Positions 35,600 through 44,651 of a stretch of 58,994 nucleotides of DNA are shown one piece after another. A program made the translations under genes and the position numbers. Source of the DNA: Candidatus Eiseniibacteriota bacterium (GTDB taxonomy: Bacteria > Arandabacterota > Arandabacteria > Arandabacterales > Arandabacteraceae); NCBI GenBank assembly GCA_043810925.1, contig JBDRNT010000035.1, positions 1 to 58,994 of the forward strand, read 5' to 3'. Each line of letters starts with the position of its first letter. The first letter of the stretch is position 1. The notes beneath the pieces were generated by a model, which worked only from the letters and a program-made list of their open reading frames with translations, searched no databases and was not told the DNA's origin.

Positions 35600-38500
35600 C
35601 TATCTAAGGACCAACATCTTCCGCGTGTGCTGGAATTTGTCAGCATGCATCTTATAGAAGTAGACTCCGCTAGATACTCTCTCACCTGATGCGTTCTTGC
35701 CATCCCAGTGAAGCTCATGCCGGCCGGGTTCCATACGCTTGTCGGCAAGCGTTGTTACCAGCTGACCCATCGCGTTATAAACCTTGATGGATACCTTACT
35801 GGCCTTGGCAACCTCGAACCGTATCTTGGTAGATACGGCACATGGGTTCGGTGAGTTCTGGCTGAGTGCCCAGTGGTACACCGACTTCTCGGGTGTTCCG
35901 CTGGTTCCACCCTGGCCTGAACCCAGAGAAGGCAGACCCATGATCTCTTCGAGGATGGTTCTCATCAACGCGACACGACCATAGTAGTAACCCGGCAGGT
36001 GCGTGGGCAGTCCTGCAGGTACCATAGCAGGATTACACTCCGACCTGTAGTGGTTGACTATGGCACAGAAGTCGTAGTTGACAAACACGCACTGACCAAC
36101 TGACTGGGACTCCACGTAGATGGCTCCGTCAGCCGGGTCAAACGCCGGATCCGGGTTGAGCACGTAAAGCAACGGCTGTGCGGTGTAACCCGCAGGCGGT
36201 GACGAGTTCGTCAACGCGTAGGTCATGTCCTTAAGATACGGGCACTCCCTGTAAACAAGGATCGTATCCAGGAATGTCGGGTTGAGCGTCACCGGTGTAC
36301 CGAGAACGTTGACGCTGTTCGCGGCCTTAAGATAGACATAAGGCTTGTCAAACGCCCCCTCCATCTCGGCCTGGTACGTACAACCCAGAATACCATCCAT
36401 GAACTCTCCGCCCAGCGAATCCTCTCCAACGCCACCCAGAGCAGGATCTGCCATATTGTAGGCTATCCTGTCGCCGGCCAGTACCACCTTGCCACCGACG
36501 GCAAGATAATCTCTGATGGCTTCCTGGGCTTCCTTATCAAACAGGTAGTTGGAGAAGTACGGTCCGCAGAACCAGACAATGGCGTCGTAGTCCGCGTACT
36601 CGACCGGATGGACGTGGATGTTGCTGCCGGCACCGCTTATGTCGAACTTGTCGAAGCAGTATCCGGCATCCCGCATAGTCTCCTCGTAGATGTCCTCGAG
36701 CGGCTTGATGTTGTCACTTGCCGCCATACACTCCGAGTAGTCGTAGTTGTTCCTGCCGTAACCATCGACCAGCAGAATCTTCACACCGGTGTAAGTCGGC
36801 GGGAAGATCGGCAGAATCGAGAACGCGAAGTTGTCCTCACGCGTACCCTGATGATCCGGATGTCCCGGATTCGCCTCAGCTGGGAAGTACTCGAGGTTGG
36901 TACCGTCGTCGCATCTGACGTAGTACCAGATCTCAGTACCCACCGCCCACCTTGCAAGAGTGAAATCGGTGGGATAGAGTGTACCGTTGTACTCACCACC
37001 AAGGCTGGGGTCCGCGGGATCGAACGCCACATTCTGGTTCATCGTCACCCACTGCCATGTCGCACCCTCATCGATACTTCCATACAGCCGCACATCCACG
37101 ATGCCGTCCTTGTCGGATACATCGAGATAAAGCTGATCTTCCTTGCGCGGTGCATTGGTGTAGGGAGGACCTGAATACCAGGCAAGCGTATCCAGATCAT
37201 AAGCATCGAAGCCCGAGTTGTAACCCGGCAGACTGTCGGTGAACATGTCCTGAAGCAGGTCGATACTCCGAGTCGAGAACAGCGACGCGTTTCCATCGTA
37301 GAAACCTATGGACACGTTGTCGATTATGTTCTCGGTCTGCTTGTGCTTACCACGACAGAAGTCGGTGGGTGCAGACACGTCCATGAGGTCAAAGCTGAAC
37401 TGCATCGATTCGGCATCGGCTCCGTAGAACCTGGTCACATCCTCTGTACGGTCGAAGTTCCAGAAGAAGCAACCACCGTAGAGGATAAAGCCGTCGATGT
37501 TGTTCCACGTACACCACTTGTTGAGTACGCCGTCGTAGAACCTCACCCTTGTGTCGTTGTAGTCACATGTGTACTCCAAGCAACACGAGAACTGGTCATA
37601 CTGGACAACGCAACCCGTATTCTCAATCGGAACGGCGGGCGTCAAGAGTCTGTAGTACCAGCCGTTACGCCACGAGGCGGTTCCAGGATAACCACCGTCG
37701 GGTCTTGCCTTCCACTGGACTGAGGAGTCCAGCACGCAGGTAGAACGGTCGCCGCCGTCGCCACCCTCGTACGGGGCATCAGAATCATGGACCTGATGCC
37801 AACTCTGGCAAACACCGTCAGGATCGGGGAAAGTCCACTCGCCGGTCAGACTGCCGGGGCCACCTTCGAAGTCTTCCGTATAGGTGACACCGCCATCCGT
37901 CTTTACTATGACGTTGTCAATCTGACAGGCACCTGTGGTGTTACCACGACCGTCGGCATCACTCCACGCTCCGTCAGAGGTGAAGCGCCACCTGATCTTG
38001 GGATCCGCCACCACGCTGCCCAGCAGCGTGTCAATAACAGCCGCAAACGCCGGATCGCTTCCCGGTCTTCCCTGCCAGTCCGCACTGAAGGGCTGGCCGG
38101 AATCGGTGTTATTCCAATTATCAGGGTTACCACCGCCCGGAGTGCCGCACTCTGAACCCGGGTTGTTGCTGCAGGCGTTAAACAGCGCAACTTGCTGCCA
38201 CTCGCTACCGTCGTAGACCTCACAGTAGAAGTAGTCGTACTTGCACTCGGTGTCGTATCTGGGATCAAAGTAAAGCGTACAGCCGTCAGCGACGTTGTAT
38301 CCGGTCAGCTCCAGCTGCGCAACACAGTTCCACTGGTTACCGTATCCAGGGGCCTTACCACCAACCCAGGTACCACACTCGACAGGATTTCCGTCTATCC
38401 ATGCTGAATCGGAACCGCACCACAGGTTGTAATCACCATAGTCCGCATCACCCGGTGCCTTGTAGGTATCAACGTGCCAGAAGTTGAGACCCGTCTCAGA

Positions 38501-38911
38501 CGGAAACGACCTGACATCAACATGATCGAAGCAGAGGTAAGTCCACGGGGCATTAGTCCCGCAAGTGTCACTGACAGTGACGTTCTCTCCGTTAACTGTG
38601 GGATCGCCGTCTTCCGGCCAGACCGCGTTCTCAAAGCACCACGTTTCTGAGCCATCCGGGCCACCTTCACCCTCACCACCATGCCCGCCAAGCGTGTCAC
38701 CAGGGCACGCAGATGAAACCAGGTGCGGCTGGACCCAGGTCGTGCCTCCCTGCTGCACAATCACAAACGGTGTTGTGACCGGCAGCTTACCGACCGCCTC
38801 ATCGGGCGGCGGGAGAGGCCGTGGCTGCTCTTTCATCCCAACAGCAACGGAGGCAAGTCCTATGACCAGGACCCCTACTGCCACGATTGATAATACTCTA
38901 AATCTTCTCAT
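35600..38911 (-). CDS. Large Cys/Trp/Asp-rich secreted protein with FlgD-Ig/T9SS-like C-terminus
   Basis: Signal peptide MRRFRVLSIVAVG...; YDTE..YDY.Y.EV and RWRFTSDG beta-sandwich motifs; C-terminal QNSPNP...KVYN..GQLV...WDG...SSGVYFY...RKMLVLR. Confidence 0.85.
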   Translation of the reverse strand: MRRFRVLSIVAVGVLVIGLASVAVGMKEQPRPLPPPDEAVGKLPVTTPFVIVQQGGTTWVQPHLVSSACPGDTLGGHGGEGEGGPDGSETWCFENAVWPEDGDPTVNGENVTVSDTCGTNAPWTYLCFDHVDVRSFPSETGLNFWHVDTYKAPGDADYGDYNLWCGSDSAWIDGNPVECGTWVGGKAPGYGNQWNCVAQLELTGYNVADGCTLYFDPRYDTECKYDYFYCEVYDGSEWQQVALFNACSNNPGSECGTPGGGNPDNWNNTDSGQPFSADWQGRPGSDPAFAAVIDTLLGSVVADPKIRWRFTSDGAWSDADGRGNTTGACQIDNVIVKTDGGVTYTEDFEGGPGSLTGEWTFPDPDGVCQSWHQVHDSDAPYEGGDGGDRSTCVLDSSVQWKARPDGGYPGTASWRNGWYYRLLTPAVPIENTGCVVQYDQFSCCLEYTCDYNDTRVRFYDGVLNKWCTWNNIDGFILYGGCFFWNFDRTEDVTRFYGADAESMQFSFDLMDVSAPTDFCRGKHKQTENIIDNVSIGFYDGNASLFSTRSIDLLQDMFTDSLPGYNSGFDAYDLDTLAWYSGPPYTNAPRKEDQLYLDVSDKDGIVDVRLYGSIDEGATWQWVTMNQNVAFDPADPSLGGEYNGTLYPTDFTLARWAVGTEIWYYVRCDDGTNLEYFPAEANPGHPDHQGTREDNFAFSILPIFPPTYTGVKILLVDGYGRNNYDYSECMAASDNIKPLEDIYEETMRDAGYCFDKFDISGAGSNIHVHPVEYADYDAIVWFCGPYFSNYLFDKEAQEAIRDYLAVGGKVVLAGDRIAYNMADPALGGVGEDSLGGEFMDGILGCTYQAEMEGAFDKPYVYLKAANSVNVLGTPVTLNPTFLDTILVYRECPYLKDMTYALTNSSPPAGYTAQPLLYVLNPDPAFDPADGAIYVESQSVGQCVFVNYDFCAIVNHYRSECNPAMVPAGLPTHLPGYYYGRVALMRTILEEIMGLPSLGSGQGGTSGTPEKSVYHWALSQNSPNPCAVSTKIRFEVAKASKVSIKVYNAMGQLVTTLADKRMEPGRHELHWDGKNASGERVSSGVYFYKMHADKFQHTRKMLVLR

Positions 38912-39138
38912 GGTCAAAACCCTCCGATGCGAATACTCATACTCGCCGGTAACCTAACCGGCGAAAAAACCAAAGGGAAATCACATGTTGTCGGACAGGC
39001 CATTTCCCTGAGCGGCAAACGGAAAATCGGAGGTATTACTCGTTGTCTACGCAATCACCCCCTTCCCAAGTGAGAATTGAACATACTATAGTCCGTCTGA
39101 CCCTTGCAATTATACCAAAGGATTACCACAAGTGTCAA
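38912..39138 (-). promoter_or_regulatory. Consensus promoter and ~190-nt structured 5' leader
   Basis: TTGACA(39133-38)-18-TATAAT(39109-14); the leader contains an 8-nt segment complementary to the SD region and several hairpins. Confidence 0.7.
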
Positions 39139-39192
39139 GATGCTTTTTGGCCGCAGAAGGCGATGTTTGCTGGTAAAACGGGGATTCCGGCC

Positions 39193-40896
39193 CTAATCGA
39201 GGAACCTGGAGAGGTTCCCGATCCATGCCGAGTACTCTTCGAGTGTGCCACCCCTGCACACCGAGATCGAGGCTGCGATCTTGCGGCCCGCCTCGGTCGG
39301 AAGCCAGGAAATCTTCTCAATCTCGCGCCAGCATTCGATGTCCTCCGAAGATCCCGGAAGACCTATGACGATACGATTACCGACTACACCCGAGGCAATC
39401 ATCGAGACGTCTCTGACGACCACATCCCAGGATGAGCCTCCTCCTCTGATATATGCGAGATACTTGCCATCAGGGCTCAGGGTGGGATAGTAGAGCCCTT
39501 CTTCGGCCGAGTCGACGAGGTATGTCTCATCATCATCGGTTCCCGGCTGGTCACCGAGATCCACAATCCAGACACTGCGAGCATTCTGCTGCATGGCCCT
39601 GGGCTCCGGCCGGGCGGCCATCATGGTCGGACGGCCGCTATGAGGGGCCGGGCGGCTCGATCTTTGGTACGCCGCTCCCGCCAGGCACACGAAGTCGACG
39701 AAAGTGGTGTCCCCCGCAGTGACTATCACGGAGCTATCTACCCCGCAGAAAACACCGTACTGGCTCTTTGTCCAGATCACGTATGTATCCGGCTCGACAC
39801 ATGTGAAGTATGCGTACAGCAACGGATTATTCGGAGTCCTGATACCCGTCGAATCATCATCGATAAAGATAAACCTGTTTCCTGGATTCGTACTCACGGC
39901 GATGGTGCCGTGGGTGTGTACGAAGTCGATCAGGTAGGTATAAAGGCCCTCTGACTCAGAGATGAGCACACCCGGGTGGTTCATACAGTAGTCATCCCGG
40001 GACCCTTCAAATAAGACACCGGAGGCAGGAACGGGTCTGAACCGGAAAGTGTACGGGGTGTACTGATGTGAGTCCTTTTCATTGACAAGGATCCTTGCAA
40101 CCGCAGAAGAGTCCGGCTGCTCCTCGCTCCTGGCGATCACCTTGATGTCAACCACAGGCCGTCTGTTGGGTGACGCGAACGCAACCAGATTCGTCCCGTT
40201 GCTTGAGGGGAACTCATCCTCAAACGTGGACGACATCACACCGCCTTCGTTAACATCACCTTGGTATGTAGAGTCAGCAAAATCCGACGGATCGATCGAA
40301 ACAGTATCGGGAGCGCCGAGTTCGGGGTACCGGACAATGAGTATATCGAGATCACCGAATCCGGCGGGAGCATTGCAGAAGCAGAGCCACGTCTCCCCTC
40401 CCAGCGTTACCCAGGAAGGCCACCTGTTACTATAAGGTATGCTCGTGGAGTCCGTTTCGGTGATCGCCTCGGGCAAACCGGGGTTTTCAAGATCCGACAC
40501 ATCCACCACGTATACCTGCCACCTGTCACCCGGCCCTATGTTTCTCTCAAAAGCTATCTTGTTCCCGTCCGGCGACCAGGCCGGATTGTAGTCGGCATGG
40601 TCCTCAGAAGTGATCTGGTGGAACCACGTGGTGTCACTCTCTTCGTCAAGCCTGACCACCCATATATTCTCCGTCTCACCTGTACCAGAGCCGGCCCGTC
40701 TTGAGGAGAACGCAAGGATATGGGCATCTACCGGGGAGGCGGCGGGAAATCTGGCCAAACCGCCGAAGGCTTCGGTCCAGTAATCGCAGTTCACGCAAGT
40801 AAGATCCGTACCGCCTTCATCCCCGCATGACACGAAGAACATGACGATTAGCCCGGCAAGAAGTGCAACCAACGCTACTTTGCGGTCCTTATCCAA
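39193..40896 (-). CDS. Lipoprotein with TolB-like (PD40) repeats and PEGA-like domains
   Basis: TTG 40896 after GGAGG; lipobox FVSC; PAWSPDGNKIAF and PTLSPDGKYLAY repeats; central TP..F / V.T.PG..IFID PEGA-like segments. The ORF-track start at 41508 is over-extended. Confidence 0.75.
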   Translation of the reverse strand: MDKDRKVALVALLAGLIVMFFVSCGDEGGTDLTCVNCDYWTEAFGGLARFPAASPVDAHILAFSSRRAGSGTGETENIWVVRLDEESDTTWFHQITSEDHADYNPAWSPDGNKIAFERNIGPGDRWQVYVVDVSDLENPGLPEAITETDSTSIPYSNRWPSWVTLGGETWLCFCNAPAGFGDLDILIVRYPELGAPDTVSIDPSDFADSTYQGDVNEGGVMSSTFEDEFPSSNGTNLVAFASPNRRPVVDIKVIARSEEQPDSSAVARILVNEKDSHQYTPYTFRFRPVPASGVLFEGSRDDYCMNHPGVLISESEGLYTYLIDFVHTHGTIAVSTNPGNRFIFIDDDSTGIRTPNNPLLYAYFTCVEPDTYVIWTKSQYGVFCGVDSSVIVTAGDTTFVDFVCLAGAAYQRSSRPAPHSGRPTMMAARPEPRAMQQNARSVWIVDLGDQPGTDDDETYLVDSAEEGLYYPTLSPDGKYLAYIRGGGSSWDVVVRDVSMIASGVVGNRIVIGLPGSSEDIECWREIEKISWLPTEAGRKIAASISVCRGGTLEEYSAWIGNLSRFLD

Positions 40897-40968
40897 ATCA
40901 CAAACCTCCGACGTTATTGCCCGCGCTAAGATAGGTACACTGATAATAAAAATGGCCCAAGCCGCTTC

Positions 40969-40997
40969 ACTATAAGAAAGCATGTAGGTGGTGTCAA
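40969..40997 (-). promoter_or_regulatory. Sigma70 promoter of the TolB-like lipoprotein
   Basis: Minus strand TTGACA-17 nt-TATAGT. Confidence 0.65.
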
Positions 40998-41218
40998 GCC
41001 ATTTTTGACCTTGAAAAGCAAGGCCCGCGGGGCATAAGATGGCGGGGAACAAGAAACCCGAATCGCACGGAAACCTCGCCACCCGGCGGCGGAGATGTCG
41101 GTGACGGCAAGGAAGACGTGTGAACCGACGGCGGGCGTGTCCGGGAAATACGTCGAGGATCGGCGAGCGAGCATGACTCCGCCGGCACCGGCGGATACGA
41201 CGCCATAGCAGAGGGCTT

Positions 41219-43204
41219 GTGAATGATGCGGGCCTGACCGGAGGGTCTCCTTTGCAGGGCAAGAAATTGAGCCTTTTCGTCGTCGCGATCTGGGTGATTC
41301 TCGTATGGGTTCTTTTCATCGTGCACCAGCAGAAGCCGTTTGTCCAGGAGGGGCACACGACGGACCTCGTCGGGTCGCTGCTTGCCGTACTCGCTGTTTT
41401 CCTGGTTTCGACTTCGCTGGGCCTGCGTGTCCTGGGGACCGAGCGCGGTACAAACGGTATCTTGCCGGCATGTGCCCTCGGCCTTGCTCTCCTCGGTATG
41501 GGCACCATGGTTCTGGGGGCACTGGGTGCGATCAGGCCTTATGCCGTCTGGATCATGCTGGCGGCGTTGGCCGGGGCATCGTACCAGCAGATCGCCCTTA
41601 TCTTGAGACGACTGCCATCTGCGAGTATCCGTGATCTCAGCATGCCGGAGACGGCTGTGACGGTCGTAATGATCTTGGCCCTGATCATCTGTCTCATAAA
41701 CTGCCTTGCCCCGCTTACGGCCAACGATGCGCTCGTCTACCACCTGAAGATCCCGAAGATCTATGCATCGAGCGGTGGATTCGTCAGGCTTCCGCACAAT
41801 GTCTATGCCAACATGCCCCATAACGGGGAGATGCTCTACACACTCGTCTATTCGGTGGCCGGGGAAACAGGTGCGAGGCTCTGCTATATGTTTCTCATCA
41901 TCGCAGCTGTGGGAGCCGTCTATGGGCTGGCCAGGAGATTCATGGAGCGAGGGCCGGCACTTTTCGCAGCGAGCATCTTCCTTGTGCAACCTCTTATTCT
42001 TGACCACCGGACCGTCTGCAACATCGATGTCGTACTTGCGTATTTCTATGTGTCCGCCGCCGCAGTCGCGTTCGACATGTGGAAACGCCGCATGAGCATG
42101 AGGCGCCTGGTTGCCCTTGGGGTGCTCGCCGGGTTCATGCTGGGCATGAAGTACACGGCCATGGCCCCCTGCATTACTCTCATCATCATCCTGCTTGCCG
42201 CCAGGCCGAAACGTGCAGGCGTTAAGACCATGACCGCGGGCATCCTGATTGCGCTCATTGTCTTCGTGCCGTGGATGATCAAGAACGAAAGCTACATCGG
42301 TAACCCCGTCTACCCGCTCCTTGAGACCACCTTCGACGGACAGAACTGGGATAAGGTCCAGGCGTCGCAGTTGACCGCCTGGCAGCACGGGATGGGTATG
42401 GGAAGAGGTGTGACCGACTACCTGCTCTTGCCTCTAAACATAAGCACGAGGGGAAAACCCGGTCTGAACTACACGCGCTTCGACGGCACGATGACACCGC
42501 TTTTGCTGATACTGGTCCCGCTGGCGCTGCTCGGCCGGAGGAGACGGACATCGGTACTGATCACGATGGCTGCAGTCGGGTTCGTGTTCTGGGCGGTGAC
42601 GTCTCAACAGCTGCGTTTTCTCATCCCGTCGATTGCGGTGCTGGCGGTGCTGGCCGGTGCCGGGCTGTCCAACCTCTCGGGTCGCGTCGGCCGAAGAGCG
42701 TTCAGCGTGGTGCTAGTCTCGGTGATCCTCATCGAAATCTCCACCCTGTTCGTTTCGGATCAGTATCGGAGACCTTTCCTGTCAGGCGTTTTCGCTGACA
42801 GGCTGCCGGTTGTCATGGGTCTCGAGACGAGGAAGTCCTTTCTTGAGCGGTCGGTGCAATCGTTTGGGATGTGCGATCACATCAACCGCACCCTCCCCCG
42901 GCATGAGCGAGTGTTCATGATATGGGAGAACCGGGGTTATTACCTGGAGCGGCCGTATTTCGCGGACAGCTTCTTCGAGGCATCAGCACTGATGCGGATC
43001 GTATCCGCCTCGGGAGATGCCGAGACGCTCAAGCAAAGAATACGCGGATCCGGCCACAACTATGTTGTCGTGAATCACCTGCTTGGTGATGTCTTCTCGC
43101 GCGGCTATCCCCCGGAGGATGTGGCGATACTCGATGATCTGATCGCAAACCACCTCAAACCCATCCACACCACCAACCGCCTGACCTTATACACTATCGA
43201 GTAG
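41219..43204 (+). CDS. GT-C (ArnT/PMT, GT39-like) membrane glycosyltransferase
   Basis: DALVYHL..PK.Y, G.MLGMKYT, PW...N....GNPVYP, QQLRFLIP motifs; many TM segments. Start uncertain (TTG 41252 possible). Confidence 0.8.
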   Translation: MNDAGLTGGSPLQGKKLSLFVVAIWVILVWVLFIVHQQKPFVQEGHTTDLVGSLLAVLAVFLVSTSLGLRVLGTERGTNGILPACALGLALLGMGTMVLGALGAIRPYAVWIMLAALAGASYQQIALILRRLPSASIRDLSMPETAVTVVMILALIICLINCLAPLTANDALVYHLKIPKIYASSGGFVRLPHNVYANMPHNGEMLYTLVYSVAGETGARLCYMFLIIAAVGAVYGLARRFMERGPALFAASIFLVQPLILDHRTVCNIDVVLAYFYVSAAAVAFDMWKRRMSMRRLVALGVLAGFMLGMKYTAMAPCITLIIILLAARPKRAGVKTMTAGILIALIVFVPWMIKNESYIGNPVYPLLETTFDGQNWDKVQASQLTAWQHGMGMGRGVTDYLLLPLNISTRGKPGLNYTRFDGTMTPLLLILVPLALLGRRRRTSVLITMAAVGFVFWAVTSQQLRFLIPSIAVLAVLAGAGLSNLSGRVGRRAFSVVLVSVILIEISTLFVSDQYRRPFLSGVFADRLPVVMGLETRKSFLERSVQSFGMCDHINRTLPRHERVFMIWENRGYYLERPYFADSFFEASALMRIVSASGDAETLKQRIRGSGHNYVVVNHLLGDVFSRGYPPEDVAILDDLIANHLKPIHTTNRLTLYTIE

Positions 43205-43259
43205 CCGGCGGCCGCCGTCGCCGGCCAAGCCTTTTGGTCCGCCTGAGCCCCTGGATATT

Positions 43260-43328
43260 CGCTGGTGCTCCCTTTGCTCCGCAAGCGAATGTCTCTCCTG
43301 AGCAAGCGGAGCAAAGGGAGCACCAGCG
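43260..43328. repeat. Perfect 23-bp inverted repeat between convergent genes
   Basis: CGCTGGTGCTCCCTTTGCTCCGC (43260-43282) and its exact reverse complement (43306-43328), 23-nt loop. Confidence 0.9.
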
Positions 43329-43388
43329 TACACCCACCCTAAATGGGCGGCCTGAGCGTAGAAAGCCGTTCGGCAGCCACCTCAGGCT

Positions 43389-44651
43389 CTACTGGATATA
43401 CCCGACGGCGCGGAGCTTATCCTTGATCTTATCGTCGACGGGTGATTCCAGGGGCTCTCCGGCAACCCGGTCGCCGGTCTCATAGGTCGGAATGAAACTG
43501 AGGGTCCGACCCTTGAGGTATTCAGGATCGAACCCGTCGGTGAGTACCCTGCCGTGCATGTCCCTTGCGACTGGAATGCCGAGCGCGTACAGGATAGTAG
43601 GTGTCACGTCGAGAATCTCGGCGTCGATGATGGGCGACCCTTTGCGGACACCCTTCCCCATCAGGCTGATTATGCCGTACTGGCCGTGCATGTAGACTCC
43701 CAGATAGAGGCTGCCGTCCTCGGTACGGCGTGGACCGTAGAAGCCGTGATCCGAGCACACGACCAGCAGGGTCCGCTCGTCTACCAGATCCATGAACTCG
43801 CCGAGAACCCCGTCCATCCAGATGTAGTAGTTGTCGATGACGTTACAGAGCGGATGCTTCGGCTTGGTTTTGAAGTCCCAGAAACAGTGGCACATCGAGT
43901 CTATCCCGTTGAAATAGACTGCCAGGAAATCTACTCCCTTATCATTCAGGTAGTGCGCAACGCGCCTGAAGGTCTCGTCGGTCGCGTAGATCATCTTGAC
44001 ATAGTCTTTGTGCCAGGAGGCGATACCGGGTTCACCTGCAGGCAGATCGACAGGAAAGAGACCAGCGATATCTTCATCGGACACGTCGGACTTGGTGAGC
44101 CTCAAAGAATCTATCTCTTCGAACAGGTCTTCGGGGTAGGTCTGCCGGTCCAGCTTTATCTTCTTATCGGTCTCGTACTGAATGTAGTCGCTCACGAGGT
44201 AGCCGTTGACCTTCTCGGCCGGCCAGGTGACCATCCAGCCGACGACGGCGACCTTCATACCCTCGTCACCGAGGATATCCCAGATCGCTTTGACCCTTCG
44301 CGCGTTTCCGGTGTAGGGTACCATTCTGCCGCCGTCCTCTGACTTCACGAAACCGCCGATACCGTGCTCGTCAGGCAACTTGCTTGTGGCAATGGATGTC
44401 CAGAGTATCGGCGATTTAGTAAGCGGCATAAACGTCTCCATCCGGCCGGTCGCCCCTTGAGTCATCAATCTTGAGAAGTTCGGCAGGCTGCCGTCATCGA
44501 GGAGATGTTTCATTACCTCTATATCCACCGCGTCGATCCCGACAACAATCACTTTGGCAGGCGGTTCAACCTCAGACGAACAAGCGAGTGTGACGATTCC
44601 TGTCGCCAGCATGGCAATCAGTATCAACCTTCGTTTGTCATTCACCGTCAT
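43389..44651 (-). CDS. Exported alkaline-phosphatase-superfamily (phosphodiesterase/sulfatase-like) protein, probable lipoprotein
   Basis: Lipobox-like TLAC; GIDA, SPILWTSIAT, D..CH.F, SDHGF, DVTPTIL motifs; C-terminal LRAVGYI. Confidence 0.85.
   Translation of the reverse strand: MTVNDKRRLILIAMLATGIVTLACSSEVEPPAKVIVVGIDAVDIEVMKHLLDDGSLPNFSRLMTQGATGRMETFMPLTKSPILWTSIATSKLPDEHGIGGFVKSEDGGRMVPYTGNARRVKAIWDILGDEGMKVAVVGWMVTWPAEKVNGYLVSDYIQYETDKKIKLDRQTYPEDLFEEIDSLRLTKSDVSDEDIAGLFPVDLPAGEPGIASWHKDYVKMIYATDETFRRVAHYLNDKGVDFLAVYFNGIDSMCHCFWDFKTKPKHPLCNVIDNYYIWMDGVLGEFMDLVDERTLLVVCSDHGFYGPRRTEDGSLYLGVYMHGQYGIISLMGKGVRKGSPIIDAEILDVTPTILYALGIPVARDMHGRVLTDGFDPEYLKGRTLSFIPTYETGDRVAGEPLESPVDDKIKDKLRAVGYIQ

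Noticed and set aside
41039-41218. In-frame upstream ATG with two TGA codons, suggesting selenocysteine readthrough into the GT-C gene
   Set aside because: The encoded peptide is Arg-rich and non-homologous, no SECIS-like hairpin is evident, and the ATG overlaps a putative -10 box.
40897-41508. N-terminal 204-aa extension of the 39193..41508 ORF
   Set aside because: Arg/Pro-rich non-protein-like sequence overlapping the opposite-strand GT-C; a promoter, SD and lipoprotein signal support TTG 40896.
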